Origin: Gemmatimonadales bacterium | GTDB lineage: Bacteria > Gemmatimonadota > Gemmatimonadetes > Gemmatimonadales > GWC2-71-9 | Reading direction: 5' to 3' | DNA: 64,000 bases | Assembly (NCBI GenBank): GCA_040901965.1 | Contig: JBBDYB010000005.1 | Coordinates: 31,345-95,344 of the forward strand | Part shown: positions 40,014 to 48,276 of the stretch, piece after piece | Layout of the letters: each line of letters starts with the position of its first letter | Position numbering within the stretch: the stretch's first letter is position 1 | Position numbers and translations under genes: made by a program | The notes under the pieces: generated by a model | The model's database searches: none | Told to the model about the DNA's origin: nothing | Seen by the model: the letters and a program-made list of their open reading frames with translations, nothing else

Positions 40014-40645
40014 TGGATCAAGCAATCGTCATTGGACGTTCTACATTGGCCATTCGCGCCGGCGCGGTAGCGCTCGGCGCGCTCCTCGTCGCGGCCGCGG
40101 CGCAGGTGGCCGTCCCGCTTCCGGGCACACCCGTTCCGATGACGCTCCAGCCGCTCGCCGTGCTGCTCGTCGGCGGCCTGCTCGGCGCCCGGCTCGGCGC
40201 GCTAAGCATGATTCTTTATCTGGCGATGGGCATCGCGGGACTCCCCGTCTTCACGCCGACCGTGCCCCTCGTGGGCGTGGCGCGGCTCATGGGACCGACG
40301 GGCGGCTACTTGCTCGCGTATCCGGTCGCTGCGTTTGTGGTAGGTAGGTTTTCTGACCCCGGGCGCAAGCCCGGGGAAAACCCAAACCCGGCGTCGGCGT
40401 CTTTCAACCCCGGGCTTGCGCCCGGGGTTAGAGAACCCTATTGGCTGCGAGTGGGGCTCGGTGTGCTCGCCGGCCTCGTCCTCATTCATCTGGGTGGCCT
40501 GGCACAGCTCCTGATTATCACCGGGAGCGTCTCGGTGGCGGCGAGGTTCGGAACGCTACCGTTTCTGCTAGGCGATCTCTTTAAACTGGTGATCGCGGTG
40601 GCGATCCTTGCCAAGCTGGCCCCCTCGATTCGCGCGCGCCTCTGA
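40010..40645 (+). CDS. bioY: biotin transporter BioY (with ~30-aa in-frame insertion)
   Basis: 'VPLPGTPVPMTLQPLAVLL', 'GPTGGYLLAYPVAAFVVG'. The start is GTG 40010 or ATG 40013, overlapping the thiolase stop. Confidence 0.85.
   Translation: MMDQAIVIGRSTLAIRAGAVALGALLVAAAAQVAVPLPGTPVPMTLQPLAVLLVGGLLGARLGALSMILYLAMGIAGLPVFTPTVPLVGVARLMGPTGGYLLAYPVAAFVVGRFSDPGRKPGENPNPASASFNPGLAPGVREPYWLRVGLGVLAGLVLIHLGGLAQLLIITGSVSVAARFGTLPFLLGDLFKLVIAVAILAKLAPSIRARL
40347..40437. mobile_element. MITE/REP-like element with ~30-nt terminal inverted repeats inside bioY
   Basis: The left end is GGTTTTCTGACCCCGGGCGCAAGCCCGGGG. The reverse complement of the right end is GGTTCTCTAACCCCGGGCGCAAGCCCGGGG, matching 28/30. 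Each end contains its own hairpin CCCCGGGC-GCAA-GCCCGGGG. Confidence 0.65.
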
Positions 40646-41514
40646 TGGCGCGCGTTTCGTTTGCGGGAGTGAAGCACGGCGGGATCGCGGTCCTGTGGGT
40701 CCTGTTGTTCGCCGCGATCAGTATCGGCGTCATCATCGGGCTTTCGGAAGTTGCCGCGGGCTGGGGCGGCCAGAACTGGCTGATCGTGCGCAATGGCGTG
40801 TACGGACTCATTGGGTTTGGCGTGGCGACGATCGTCGTGGGCAGGCTCCTGAACAAGTACACCTGGGACGGCATGGGATGGCGGGCGCGCACAGGCATTG
40901 CGTTCGCCCGCGGCGTCGCGCTCGGCGGCGTAATGTCGATCGTCGCAATCCTGCTGGCCGTCGTCTTGGGCGCGCGTGTGCACATCACCAGTGACGGGAG
41001 CGCGTGGGCGGGCGTCGCCCTGCCGTTGTTCCTCGGGCTGGTCCTGTCCGCAGTGGCCGAGGAGCTGGCGTTCCGCGGCTACCCGCTGCGCCGGTTCGCG
41101 GATGGGGTGGGCGTCCTGCCGGCCATGCTCGTGATCGCCGTGCTGTTCGGCCTCGCGCACGCGGGCAATCCCAATGCGACGGTCTTCAGCATCGTCAACA
41201 TCGGCCTCGCGTCGTTGTGGCTCTCGGTTGCGTTCTTCTCGCAGGGCGGGATGGGGCTCGCGTGGGGTGCGCACCTCGGTTGGAACGCCGGACTCGCGCT
41301 GCTGTTCGACGCGCCCGTGAGCGGCTTCGACTTCACGGTGCCGGTCGTCGAATACATGCCGGGCAACTATGCGTGGGTGGACGGCGGTGCGTTCGGCCCC
41401 GAGGGCGGCATCGTCACCACGATCTCCCTGATCGCCGGCACGCTCTATCTCCTCACGCGCGCGCGCGGCTTCGCGCTGCCCGAACCCGCGGTGCCGACCG
41501 AGGTCGCCGCGTGA
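40645..41514 (+). CDS. CPBP-family intramembrane glutamic endopeptidase (CAAX protease-like)
   Basis: '[17 protein letters not shown]' (EExxxR), 'FGLAHAGN' (FxxxH). Polytopic membrane protein. Confidence 0.85.
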   Translation: MARVSFAGVKHGGIAVLWVLLFAAISIGVIIGLSEVAAGWGGQNWLIVRNGVYGLIGFGVATIVVGRLLNKYTWDGMGWRARTGIAFARGVALGGVMSIVAILLAVVLGARVHITSDGSAWAGVALPLFLGLVLSAVAEELAFRGYPLRRFADGVGVLPAMLVIAVLFGLAHAGNPNATVFSIVNIGLASLWLSVAFFSQGGMGLAWGAHLGWNAGLALLFDAPVSGFDFTVPVVEYMPGNYAWVDGGAFGPEGGIVTTISLIAGTLYLLTRARGFALPEPAVPTEVAA

Positions 41515-42359
41515 GTAAGGTGGCCGTCGTTGGCGCGGGGACGATGGGCAACGGCATCGCCCACGTGTTTGCGCAAGCCGGCTGGTCAACGGTCCTTATT
41601 GACGTTGCGAGCGACCCACTGGCCCGAGCCTTGAAAACGATTCAAACGAACATCGAGCGGCTGGTGAAAAAGGGAGCCGTGAGCAGGGAGCAGGGAGCAG
41701 AGACGATTGGCAGGATCCAGACGAGCACGTCGCTCGATGACGTCAAGACGGCCGATTTCGTGGTCGAGGCGGCGACGGAGAATCCCGAGATCAAGTTTAA
41801 GATCTTCCGCGACCTCGACCGCCTGGCGCCGCCGGGGACGATCCTGGCGAGCAACACGTCGTCCATCTCGATCACGACGATCGCCGCCCAGACGAAGCGG
41901 CCGCATGCCGTAATCGGAATGCACTTTATGAATCCAGTTCCGGTTATGAAACTCGTAGAAGTAATACGTGGAATAGAGACGTCGAGCGAAACCGTAAAAA
42001 GAGTCGTCGCAATAGTCGTCGAACTGCAGAAAACGCCTGTGGAGGTCAACGACTTTCCCGGTTTCGTGTCCAACCGCGTGCTGATGCCCATGATCAACGA
42101 GGCCATCTTCTGCGTGCAGGAGGGCGTCGCAACGCCGGACGCGGTCGATCAAGTCATGAAGCTCGGCATGAATCATCCGATCGGTCCGTTGGCGCTCGCC
42201 GATCTGATCGGGCTCGATGTCTGTTTGGCGATCATGGATGTGTTGCAGGAGGGATTCGGCGATCCGAAATACGGTCCGGCCACATTGCTCAAGAAGATGG
42301 TCGCCGCCGGCCAGCTCGGCCGCAAATCCGGGCAAGGGTTCTATGCTTACCGCGACTGA
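41511..42359 (+). CDS. hbd: 3-hydroxybutyryl-CoA dehydrogenase
   Basis: GTGA overlap with the upstream gene. Motifs '[14 protein letters not shown]', 'SNTSSISIT', '[15 protein letters not shown]', 'GFVSNR'. Confidence 0.9.
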   Translation: MSKVAVVGAGTMGNGIAHVFAQAGWSTVLIDVASDPLARALKTIQTNIERLVKKGAVSREQGAETIGRIQTSTSLDDVKTADFVVEAATENPEIKFKIFRDLDRLAPPGTILASNTSSISITTIAAQTKRPHAVIGMHFMNPVPVMKLVEVIRGIETSSETVKRVVAIVVELQKTPVEVNDFPGFVSNRVLMPMINEAIFCVQEGVATPDAVDQVMKLGMNHPIGPLALADLIGLDVCLAIMDVLQEGFGDPKYGPATLLKKMVAAGQLGRKSGQGFYAYRD

Positions 42360-43491
42360 GCAACGCGAGGTCGTGGAGCTGGCGCGCGAGTTCGCCAAAG
42401 AAAAGATCGAGCCATTTGCCGCCGAGTGGGATCGGACGTCGCATTTCCCCCGCGATGTGATTGACGAGCTTGGCAAGCTCGGCTTCCTCGGCATGATCAC
42501 ACCCGAGGAATACGACGGGATGGGGCTCGACACGCTCACCTACCTGCTGGCGCTCGAGGAGATCTCGGCGGCCGACGCCTCCATCGCCGTCTCGATGGGC
42601 ATCCACAACGCCATTCCCACCACGATGCTCGTGAAGCACGGCAATCCGGCGCAGAAGGAGCGCTTCCTGAAGCCGATGGCGCGCGGCGAGCTCTTGGCTG
42701 GATTTGCCCTGTCCGAAGCGGATGCCGGCTCCGACGCCGCATCGCTGAGAGCGCAAGCCATTCGCGACCGAAGCCAGTGGGTGCTCAATGGCACGAAGGC
42801 GTGGGCGACCAACGCCGGCACGGCCGACCTGATGATGATCATGGCGCGCACCGATCAGCCCAACGCGCGCAAAGGGCCGAAGGGCATCTCGACGTTCATC
42901 GTGCCGACCGACACGCCGGGTTACACGCCGGGCAAGCCCGAGGACAAGATGGGCCTGCGGGCCTCGAATACGGCCGCGATCGAGCTGAACGATCTGCGCC
43001 TCCCCGCCGATCAGATGCTGGGCGAGGAGGGGATGGGGTTCGTGTACGCGATGGAGGGGTTGGACGCGGGGCGGCTGGGGATCGGGGCGCAGGGGGTGGG
43101 GATCGCGCGCCGGGCGCTCGAGCACTCGATCCGCTACTGCGCCGAGCGGCGCCAGTTCGGCAAAGCGATCGAGGAGTTCCAGGCAGTGCAGTTCAAGCTG
43201 GCCGACATGGCCACGCGGATCGAGGCGGCGCGCGCCCTGGCGCACCGCGCCGCGATCCGCAAGGATTCGGGCGAGGAAATCGGGATGTACGCGAGCATGG
43301 CCAAGCTCTTCGCCTCCGAGACGGCGATGTGGGTCACGACGCAGGCGATTCAGCTGTTCGGCGGGTATGGGTACATGCGGGACTTCCCTGTGGAGAAACT
43401 CTTCCGCGACGCAAAGGTCACCGAGATCTATGAAGGCACCAGCGAAATCCAGCGCGTCGTCATCGCCCGCGCGCTCCGTCACCACGCCTAA
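42343..43491 (+). CDS. acyl-CoA dehydrogenase (short/branched-chain type)
   Basis: '[11 protein letters not shown]', '[10 protein letters not shown]', '[34 protein letters not shown]'. Confidence 0.9.
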   Translation: MLTATEQREVVELAREFAKEKIEPFAAEWDRTSHFPRDVIDELGKLGFLGMITPEEYDGMGLDTLTYLLALEEISAADASIAVSMGIHNAIPTTMLVKHGNPAQKERFLKPMARGELLAGFALSEADAGSDAASLRAQAIRDRSQWVLNGTKAWATNAGTADLMMIMARTDQPNARKGPKGISTFIVPTDTPGYTPGKPEDKMGLRASNTAAIELNDLRLPADQMLGEEGMGFVYAMEGLDAGRLGIGAQGVGIARRALEHSIRYCAERRQFGKAIEEFQAVQFKLADMATRIEAARALAHRAAIRKDSGEEIGMYASMAKLFASETAMWVTTQAIQLFGGYGYMRDFPVEKLFRDAKVTEIYEGTSEIQRVVIARALRHHA

Positions 43492-43510
43492 GAAGGAAGA
43501 GGCGTCGGCG

Positions 43511-44560
43511 CTGTTCGCGCTGCTCGAGGAGCACGCGCACGAGCAGGTGAGCCTCGTCTACGAACCCTCCTCGGGGTATCGCGGCATCATCGCGATCCAC
43601 GACACGACACTAGGGCCCGCGCTGGGTGGCACCCGCTTCTGGAACTACGCGAGCGACCGCGAAGCGCTGATCGACTGCCTGCGACTGGCGCGCGGCATGA
43701 CGTACAAGGCGGCGGTGGCGGGGCTGAACCTGGGCGGCGGCAAGAGCGTCATCATCGGCGACAACAAGATCCGGAATCGCGAGCCGGTGTTTCGGGCGCA
43801 CGGCCGTCACGTCGAGTCGCTGCACGGCCGCTACATCACCGCCGAGGACGTGGGCACGTCCACGGGCGACATGGAGTTCATCAAGGCGGAGACCGACTAC
43901 GTCACGGGATTGATCGGCAAGTCGGGCGATCCGTCGCCGGTGACGGCGTTCGGCGTGTATCGCGGCATCAAGGCGTGCGCCCGGTATCGCTATGGCGGCG
44001 ACAGCCTGACGGGGAAAACGGTCGCCATCCAAGGCTGTGGCCACGTCGGCTATTACCTGGCCGAGCTGCTGTATCAGGAAGGCGCGAAGCTGATCGTGAG
44101 CGACATTGACCGCGCCAAGCAGCAGCGGGTGGTGAGCGAGTTCAAGGCGGTAGCGGTGGCGCCTGAGGAGATCTACGCCGCGGCGGCGAACATCTTTGCA
44201 CCCTGCGCGCTGGGCGGGATCATCAACGACCAGACGATTCCGCAGCTCAAGGTCGATATCGTGGCGGGGGGCGCGAACAATCAGCTCGCCGAGGAGCGGC
44301 ATGGCGACGCGCTCGAGGCGAAGGGGATCCTGTACGCGCCCGACTACGTGATCAACGGCGGCGGCTTGATCAACGTCAACGCCGAGCTGAACGGCTGGAC
44401 CATGGAGCGGGCGCGCAGCAAGGCGGGGGAGATCTACGACACGCTGCTGACGGTGTTCGAGATCGCGGCCGAGGAGCGGATGCCCACGTACAAGGCGGCC
44501 GACCGGCTGGCGGAGCGGCGCATCGCCGCGATCGCGAAGGTGAGGCAGAACTTTGTCTGA
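43511..44560 (+). CDS. ldh: Leu/Val/Phe dehydrogenase (Glu/Leu/Phe/Val dehydrogenase family); start uncertain (CTG 43511 or ATG 43430)
   Basis: 'IIAIHDTTLGPALGGTRFW', 'MTYKAAVAGLNLGGGKSVI', Rossmann motif 'AIQGCGHVGYYLA'. No ATG/GTG/TTG occurs at the position where homologues start. Confidence 0.85.
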   Translation: MFALLEEHAHEQVSLVYEPSSGYRGIIAIHDTTLGPALGGTRFWNYASDREALIDCLRLARGMTYKAAVAGLNLGGGKSVIIGDNKIRNREPVFRAHGRHVESLHGRYITAEDVGTSTGDMEFIKAETDYVTGLIGKSGDPSPVTAFGVYRGIKACARYRYGGDSLTGKTVAIQGCGHVGYYLAELLYQEGAKLIVSDIDRAKQQRVVSEFKAVAVAPEEIYAAAANIFAPCALGGIINDQTIPQLKVDIVAGGANNQLAEERHGDALEAKGILYAPDYVINGGGLINVNAELNGWTMERARSKAGEIYDTLLTVFEIAAEERMPTYKAADRLAERRIAAIAKVRQNFV

Positions 44561-44597
44561 AATGCGGCCGTCAGCCATCAGCCATCAGGGGCGTGCC

Positions 44598-45047
44598 ATG
44601 GCTGAAAAAATCTACGTTGGGGCGGATCATGTCGGGTTCAATCTCAAGAACCGGCTTGTTGATGAGCTGAAGAAGTTGGGTTATGAACCGATCGACGTTG
44701 GACCCAAGCAGCTCGATCCATCGGACGACTATCCTGACTATGCCAAGCCCGTGGCGCAGGCCGTGAGCAGCGGCGCAGTGCAGCGCGGCATCCTCACGTG
44801 CGGGACTGGTCTCGGGATGTCTTACACGGCAAACCGGTATCCAAAGGTGCGAGCGGCGCTCGCGTGGAATGCCGAGATCGCCGAGTTGGCGCGGCGGCAC
44901 GGAAACTCCAATCTGCTGGTATTGCCTGCGCAGTTCGTGAGCGATCAGGAGGGCATCGATATTCTGCACCGATGGCTGGAGACGAGTTTCGAGGGGGGCC
45001 GCCACGACCGGCGTGTAAGAAAGATTGAACTGAAAGCTGACAGCTGA
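44598..45047 (+). CDS. rpiB: ribose-5-phosphate isomerase B
   Basis: '[13 protein letters not shown]', '[17 protein letters not shown]', '[11 protein letters not shown]'. Confidence 0.9.
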   Translation: MAEKIYVGADHVGFNLKNRLVDELKKLGYEPIDVGPKQLDPSDDYPDYAKPVAQAVSSGAVQRGILTCGTGLGMSYTANRYPKVRAALAWNAEIAELARRHGNSNLLVLPAQFVSDQEGIDILHRWLETSFEGGRHDRRVRKIELKADS

Positions 45048-46306
45048 TGACTGATCGCTTAGCACCTCTCTCCGAGGTCGACCCCGCAGTTCGCCAACTC
45101 ATCCGTCAGGAAGTGGCCAGGCAGGAGCATGGATTAGAGCTGATCGCGAGCGAGAATTTCTGCTCGATCGCGGTGCTCGAGGCGATGGGCAGCGCGCTCA
45201 CGAACAAGTACGCTGAGGGGTTGCCGGGGAAGCGCTATTACGGCGGCTGCGAGATCGTGGATCAGGTGGAGCAGCTCGCGATTGACCGGGCGAAGCAGCT
45301 GTTCGGCGCCGAGCATGCGAATGTGCAGCCGCACTCGGGGGCGCAGGCCAACATGGCGGCGTATCTGGCGGTCGCGAAGTTCGGCGACACGCTGCTGGGG
45401 TTGGCACTGCCGCATGGCGGCCACCTGACGCACGGCTCGCCCGTGAATTTCTCAGGCACGCTGTTTAGGGCGACGGCGTATCATGTGCGCGAGGACACCG
45501 GGCGGATTGATTACGACGAGGTACGCGACGTAGCGCACAAGGAGAAGCCGCGGATCATCATTGGCGGCGGCAGCGCCTATGCGCGCGTCGTGGATTTCCC
45601 CGCGCTGCGCGCGATTGCCGACGAGGTGGGCGCGGTTCTGGTCGTGGATATGGCGCATTTCGCCGGGCTCGTGGCCGGCGGCGTGTATCCTTCGCCGGTG
45701 CCGCACGCGCAGATCGTCACGAGTACCACTCATAAAACGTTGCGCGGTCCCCGAGGAGGCTTGATTCTGTGCAACTCCGAACTTTCTAAGGCAGTTGACA
45801 AGCAGGTGTTTCCGGGGACGCAGGGTGGGCCGCTCGAGCATGTGATTGCGGCGAAGGCTGTCGCACTACTTGAAGCCGCCCAACCGGACTTCAAGCAGTA
45901 CGTGAAGCAGGTCGTGCAGAACGCCCAGACGCTGGCGGCGGCGCTGGTCAAACGGGGCTACGCGATTGTCTCAGGGGGCACCGATAGTCACCTGATGCTG
46001 GTGGACCTGCGGCCCAAGAAGCTGACGGGGAAGGATGCCGCGCAGCTGCTGGACCGGGCGGCGATCACGGTGAACAAGAACACGATCCCCGGGGACCCGC
46101 AGTCGCCCTTTGTGACGAGCGGCATCCGCCTCGGCACCTCGGCGGTGACGACGCGCGGGTTTGGGGCGGAGGAGATGGAGCGCGTGGCGGAGCTGATGGA
46201 TGAGGTGCTGGTGAAGCGGGACGAGGCGACGGTGACGCGGGTGAAGGGGGAGGTGCGGGAGTTGGTGGAGGAGTTTCCGTTGTATGCGAGGGTGGGGGTG
46301 GGGTGA
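45047..46306 (+). CDS. glyA: serine hydroxymethyltransferase
   Basis: 'LELIASENF', '[14 protein letters not shown]', '[15 protein letters not shown]'. ATGA overlap with rpiB. Confidence 0.95.
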   Translation: MTDRLAPLSEVDPAVRQLIRQEVARQEHGLELIASENFCSIAVLEAMGSALTNKYAEGLPGKRYYGGCEIVDQVEQLAIDRAKQLFGAEHANVQPHSGAQANMAAYLAVAKFGDTLLGLALPHGGHLTHGSPVNFSGTLFRATAYHVREDTGRIDYDEVRDVAHKEKPRIIIGGGSAYARVVDFPALRAIADEVGAVLVVDMAHFAGLVAGGVYPSPVPHAQIVTSTTHKTLRGPRGGLILCNSELSKAVDKQVFPGTQGGPLEHVIAAKAVALLEAAQPDFKQYVKQVVQNAQTLAAALVKRGYAIVSGGTDSHLMLVDLRPKKLTGKDAAQLLDRAAITVNKNTIPGDPQSPFVTSGIRLGTSAVTTRGFGAEEMERVAELMDEVLVKRDEATVTRVKGEVRELVEEFPLYARVGVG

Positions 46307-46507
46307 GGAATGGAAGCCGAGCCCAAGGTCAGGAATCACGACAAGGGAGGCGATCGTACTGAACATCCGTTCTAACGAGGACTTTGGGACTAGGCCCTAC
46401 TCACAATTGCGCAAAAGTACCCAGCGAGAGCTTGAAGTCCATTCCTTCGCAATCGTCAGAGTCCCCAGAGCCCCACTTTGCGGGAACCCCTAGGAGAGAA
46501 GCTATCG

Positions 46508-46696
46508 GTGATCGAACTCACGAGTCACGTTTGGCATGTTCGCGAGGTGGACAAGGTAGAAGACTACTGGGAGTTCGTCGTCAACTACCATGTGAAGGCA
46601 GACGATGCGGCCATCAGAGTTCTGCTTCAGCCTGAAATCCAACAGCCTGTCCGGTGGGTTGCTGGGCGTCTCGGTACGCCAGATGCAGGACGTTAG
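46508..46696 (+). CDS. small hypothetical protein (62 aa from GTG 46508; track start TTG 46478)
   Basis: GGAGAG lies 8 nt before GTG 46508. This is the lower-GC islet. No family recognised. Confidence 0.4.
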   Translation: MIELTSHVWHVREVDKVEDYWEFVVNYHVKADDAAIRVLLQPEIQQPVRWVAGRLGTPDAGR

Positions 46697-46711
46697 CGAT
46701 GCAGGTGTGCG

Positions 46712-47542
46712 ATGGGTACGAGGTCGCTAAGCCAACCGGATCCCTCGGAGGAACGCTTGGGCAAGCACAACTCCTCTCGCACTCGCGTAGCTCCGGTCTT
46801 TGAATCGCTCCTGAGCAAGGACCGCAGCGGTCGCAGCTGGCTCGTGCCCCTTATGCAGCTGGGTTCACGAAGTAGTGCCGCTCAGATTCCGGTGGACGGT
46901 GGGCTCATCGAGAACCACGAGTCGTGGTGGGGGACGAATGAGCGCCGGCTCAAACCTCATCCCGCGCTCCTCCGTTGGCTGGCCCAGAACTTCGAACGAG
47001 GAACGGGCGGTCGGGAAACGAGCGAGGCGACTCGCGAAAACCGCCAGAAGCTGCTCGACCGAGACCCAGCCACAATCACGCAGGCGCTGCAACTGCTCGC
47101 GACATCAGGTACGCCGGGGAAATGGTATGTGCTCGAGGGATTCTCGCAACCGGACGCATACCTCGAGGCGGACGACTTCGTCTTGGTCATCGAAGGCAAA
47201 CGCGCCGAGCGCGGGCAGACGACGGCTACCAGTTGGATGGCGAATCGCAACCAGATGCTCAGGCACATGGATGCCGCCGCGTGGAATGCTCCCAAGGGCA
47301 AGCGCGTGTTTGGACTCATGATCGTCGAAGGGGAAGCAAGCGGGGATGGCATGACGGCCAGCGACGAATGGGTCAAGGGTTGTGATGCGATCCGCTCCGA
47401 TGCCGTTACCAATCGCAGTCTGCCGCATCTGAGCGCCGCAGAGCGCCGCACGTTGGTGGATGGGTTTCTTGGCGTGACAACGTGGCAGCGCATTTGTCAC
47501 ACGTTCAAGCTTCCGTGGCCTCCAGTAGAAGAGAATTCGTAG
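46712..47542 (+). CDS. hypothetical protein with PD-(D/E)xK nuclease-like motif
   Basis: 'GFSQPDAYLEADDFVLVIEGKRAE' fits PD...(D/E)xK. 276 aa, lower GC than its neighbours. It ends at TAG 47540-47542. Confidence 0.6.
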   Translation: MGTRSLSQPDPSEERLGKHNSSRTRVAPVFESLLSKDRSGRSWLVPLMQLGSRSSAAQIPVDGGLIENHESWWGTNERRLKPHPALLRWLAQNFERGTGGRETSEATRENRQKLLDRDPATITQALQLLATSGTPGKWYVLEGFSQPDAYLEADDFVLVIEGKRAERGQTTATSWMANRNQMLRHMDAAAWNAPKGKRVFGLMIVEGEASGDGMTASDEWVKGCDAIRSDAVTNRSLPHLSAAERRTLVDGFLGVTTWQRICHTFKLPWPPVEENS

Positions 47543-47929
47543 GCTCATCCCAAACGTCCCCTCAAGCTCCACGTCCGCATTCCATCCTACCGTGGACCAC
47601 GCAACGCCTGGCGTCGTCAGATCCATGCGGCGGTCGAGGAGGCTCAGCGCCGCTCGAGCGCTCGCTACGATGCGGGCGACCGGCTCGAAATCGCGGTCCG
47701 GCTGTATTTGCCGACGGCTTCGCTGACATCGAACGACGTCGATAATCGCCTCAAGGACGTCCTGGATGCGTTGCAGGGGAGGGCAGGCGGATCGAAACGG
47801 ATACGAGCGTTGCGGGCGGTTGTCCCCAACGACCGTCAGATCTTTCGAGTCATCATTGAAAAAGCGCTGCCGCCCAAACAGAGCCGCGGTCTGGGACATC
47901 TCACTATTCGCCGCTTGGGCAAGAGATGA
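47543..47929 (+). CDS. RusA-like Holliday-junction resolvase frame lacking a canonical start; contiguous in-frame with the preceding ORF across a TAG
   Basis: The translation after the TAG is 'AHPKRPLKLHVRIPSYRGPRNAWRRQIHAAV...RLEIAVRLYLP...SNDVDNRLKDVLDALQG...VVPNDRQIFRVII'. The RusA signature is DxDNxxKxxxDAL...DD/ND. The first ATG/GTG/TTG in frame is TTG 47708, in the middle of the domain. Confidence 0.5.
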   Translation, partial: AHPKRPLKLHVRIPSYRGPRNAWRRQIHAAVEEAQRRSSARYDAGDRLEIAVRLYLPTASLTSNDVDNRLKDVLDALQGRAGGSKRIRALRAVVPNDRQIFRVIIEKALPPKQSRGLGHLTIRRLGKR

Positions 47930-47936
47930 ACTTTCG

Positions 47937-47974
47937 TTAGGGCGCGCCTTCGCCGAGCGCTTCAGCGCACGGTC
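47937..47974 (+). repeat. partial REP-like unit (right arm only)
   Basis: TTAGGGCGCGCCTTCGCCGAGC-GCTTCAGCGCACGGTC matches the right half of the 85-nt units, with a 3-nt (CGG) deletion. Confidence 0.7.
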
Positions 47975-48051
47975 CTCGAATCGAGGACCTGGTTGGGGCC
48001 GTAAGAGGTGGGTCTGGATCGCAAAGACGGAGATCCGTCTGGTCGTCGTTT

Positions 48052-48136
48052 ATCCGTGTCCTAAAGGACCGGCTCGGCCACTTCACACGCCCTTAAGGGC
48101 GCGCGCCTTCGCCGAGCCGGCGCTTCAGCGCACGGT
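48052..48136 (+). repeat. REP-like structured hairpin unit, copy 1 (85 nt)
   Basis: The sequence is ATCCGTGTCCTAAAGGACCGGCTCGGCCACTTCACACGCCCTTAAGGGCGCGCGCCTTCGCCGAGCCGGCGCTTCAGCGCACGGT. Outer arms are ATCCGTG/CACGGT and CCGGCTCGGC/GCCGAGCCGG. Nested palindromes are GTCCTAAAGGAC, CGCCCTTAAGGGCG and GCGCTTCAGCGC. Confidence 0.85.
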
Positions 48137-48163
48137 CATATCAACGTTGCCCCCCGATCGTTT

Positions 48164-48248
48164 ATCCGTGTCCTAAAGGACCGGCTCGGCCACTGCACAC
48201 GCCCTTAAGGGCGCGCACCTTCGCCGAGCCGGCGCTTCAGCGCACGGT
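48164..48248 (+). repeat. REP-like structured hairpin unit, copy 2 (85 nt)
   Basis: Identical to copy 1 at 83/85 positions by direct comparison. A 27-nt spacer separates them. Confidence 0.85.
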
Positions 48249-48276
48249 TAATTCAAGGGTGACCAGTCCATCCTTG

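Noticed and set aside
46284-46493. A 69-aa ORF overlapping the glyA end, and the ORF at 46384-46635, as islet genes.
   Set aside because: They have no SD and no codon-bias support, and they overlap better-supported frames. They are likely chance ORFs in the lower-GC spacer.
47540-47542. TAG recoding (pyrrolysine or a reassigned stop) as the explanation for the nuclease/RusA in-frame junction.
   Set aside because: TAG terminates several well-conserved genes in the window at their expected ends (valS, the MFP gene, the methyltransferase). No pyl genes or other evidence is visible. It is kept only as a remote option within the finding.
48052-48248. Regularly spaced direct repeats that could superficially suggest a CRISPR array.
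   Set aside because: There are only two full tandem copies. The units are 85 nt with 27-nt spacers, the wrong proportions for CRISPR. They are internally multi-palindromic, a dispersed copy lies elsewhere, and they associate with a Y1 transposase rather than cas genes.
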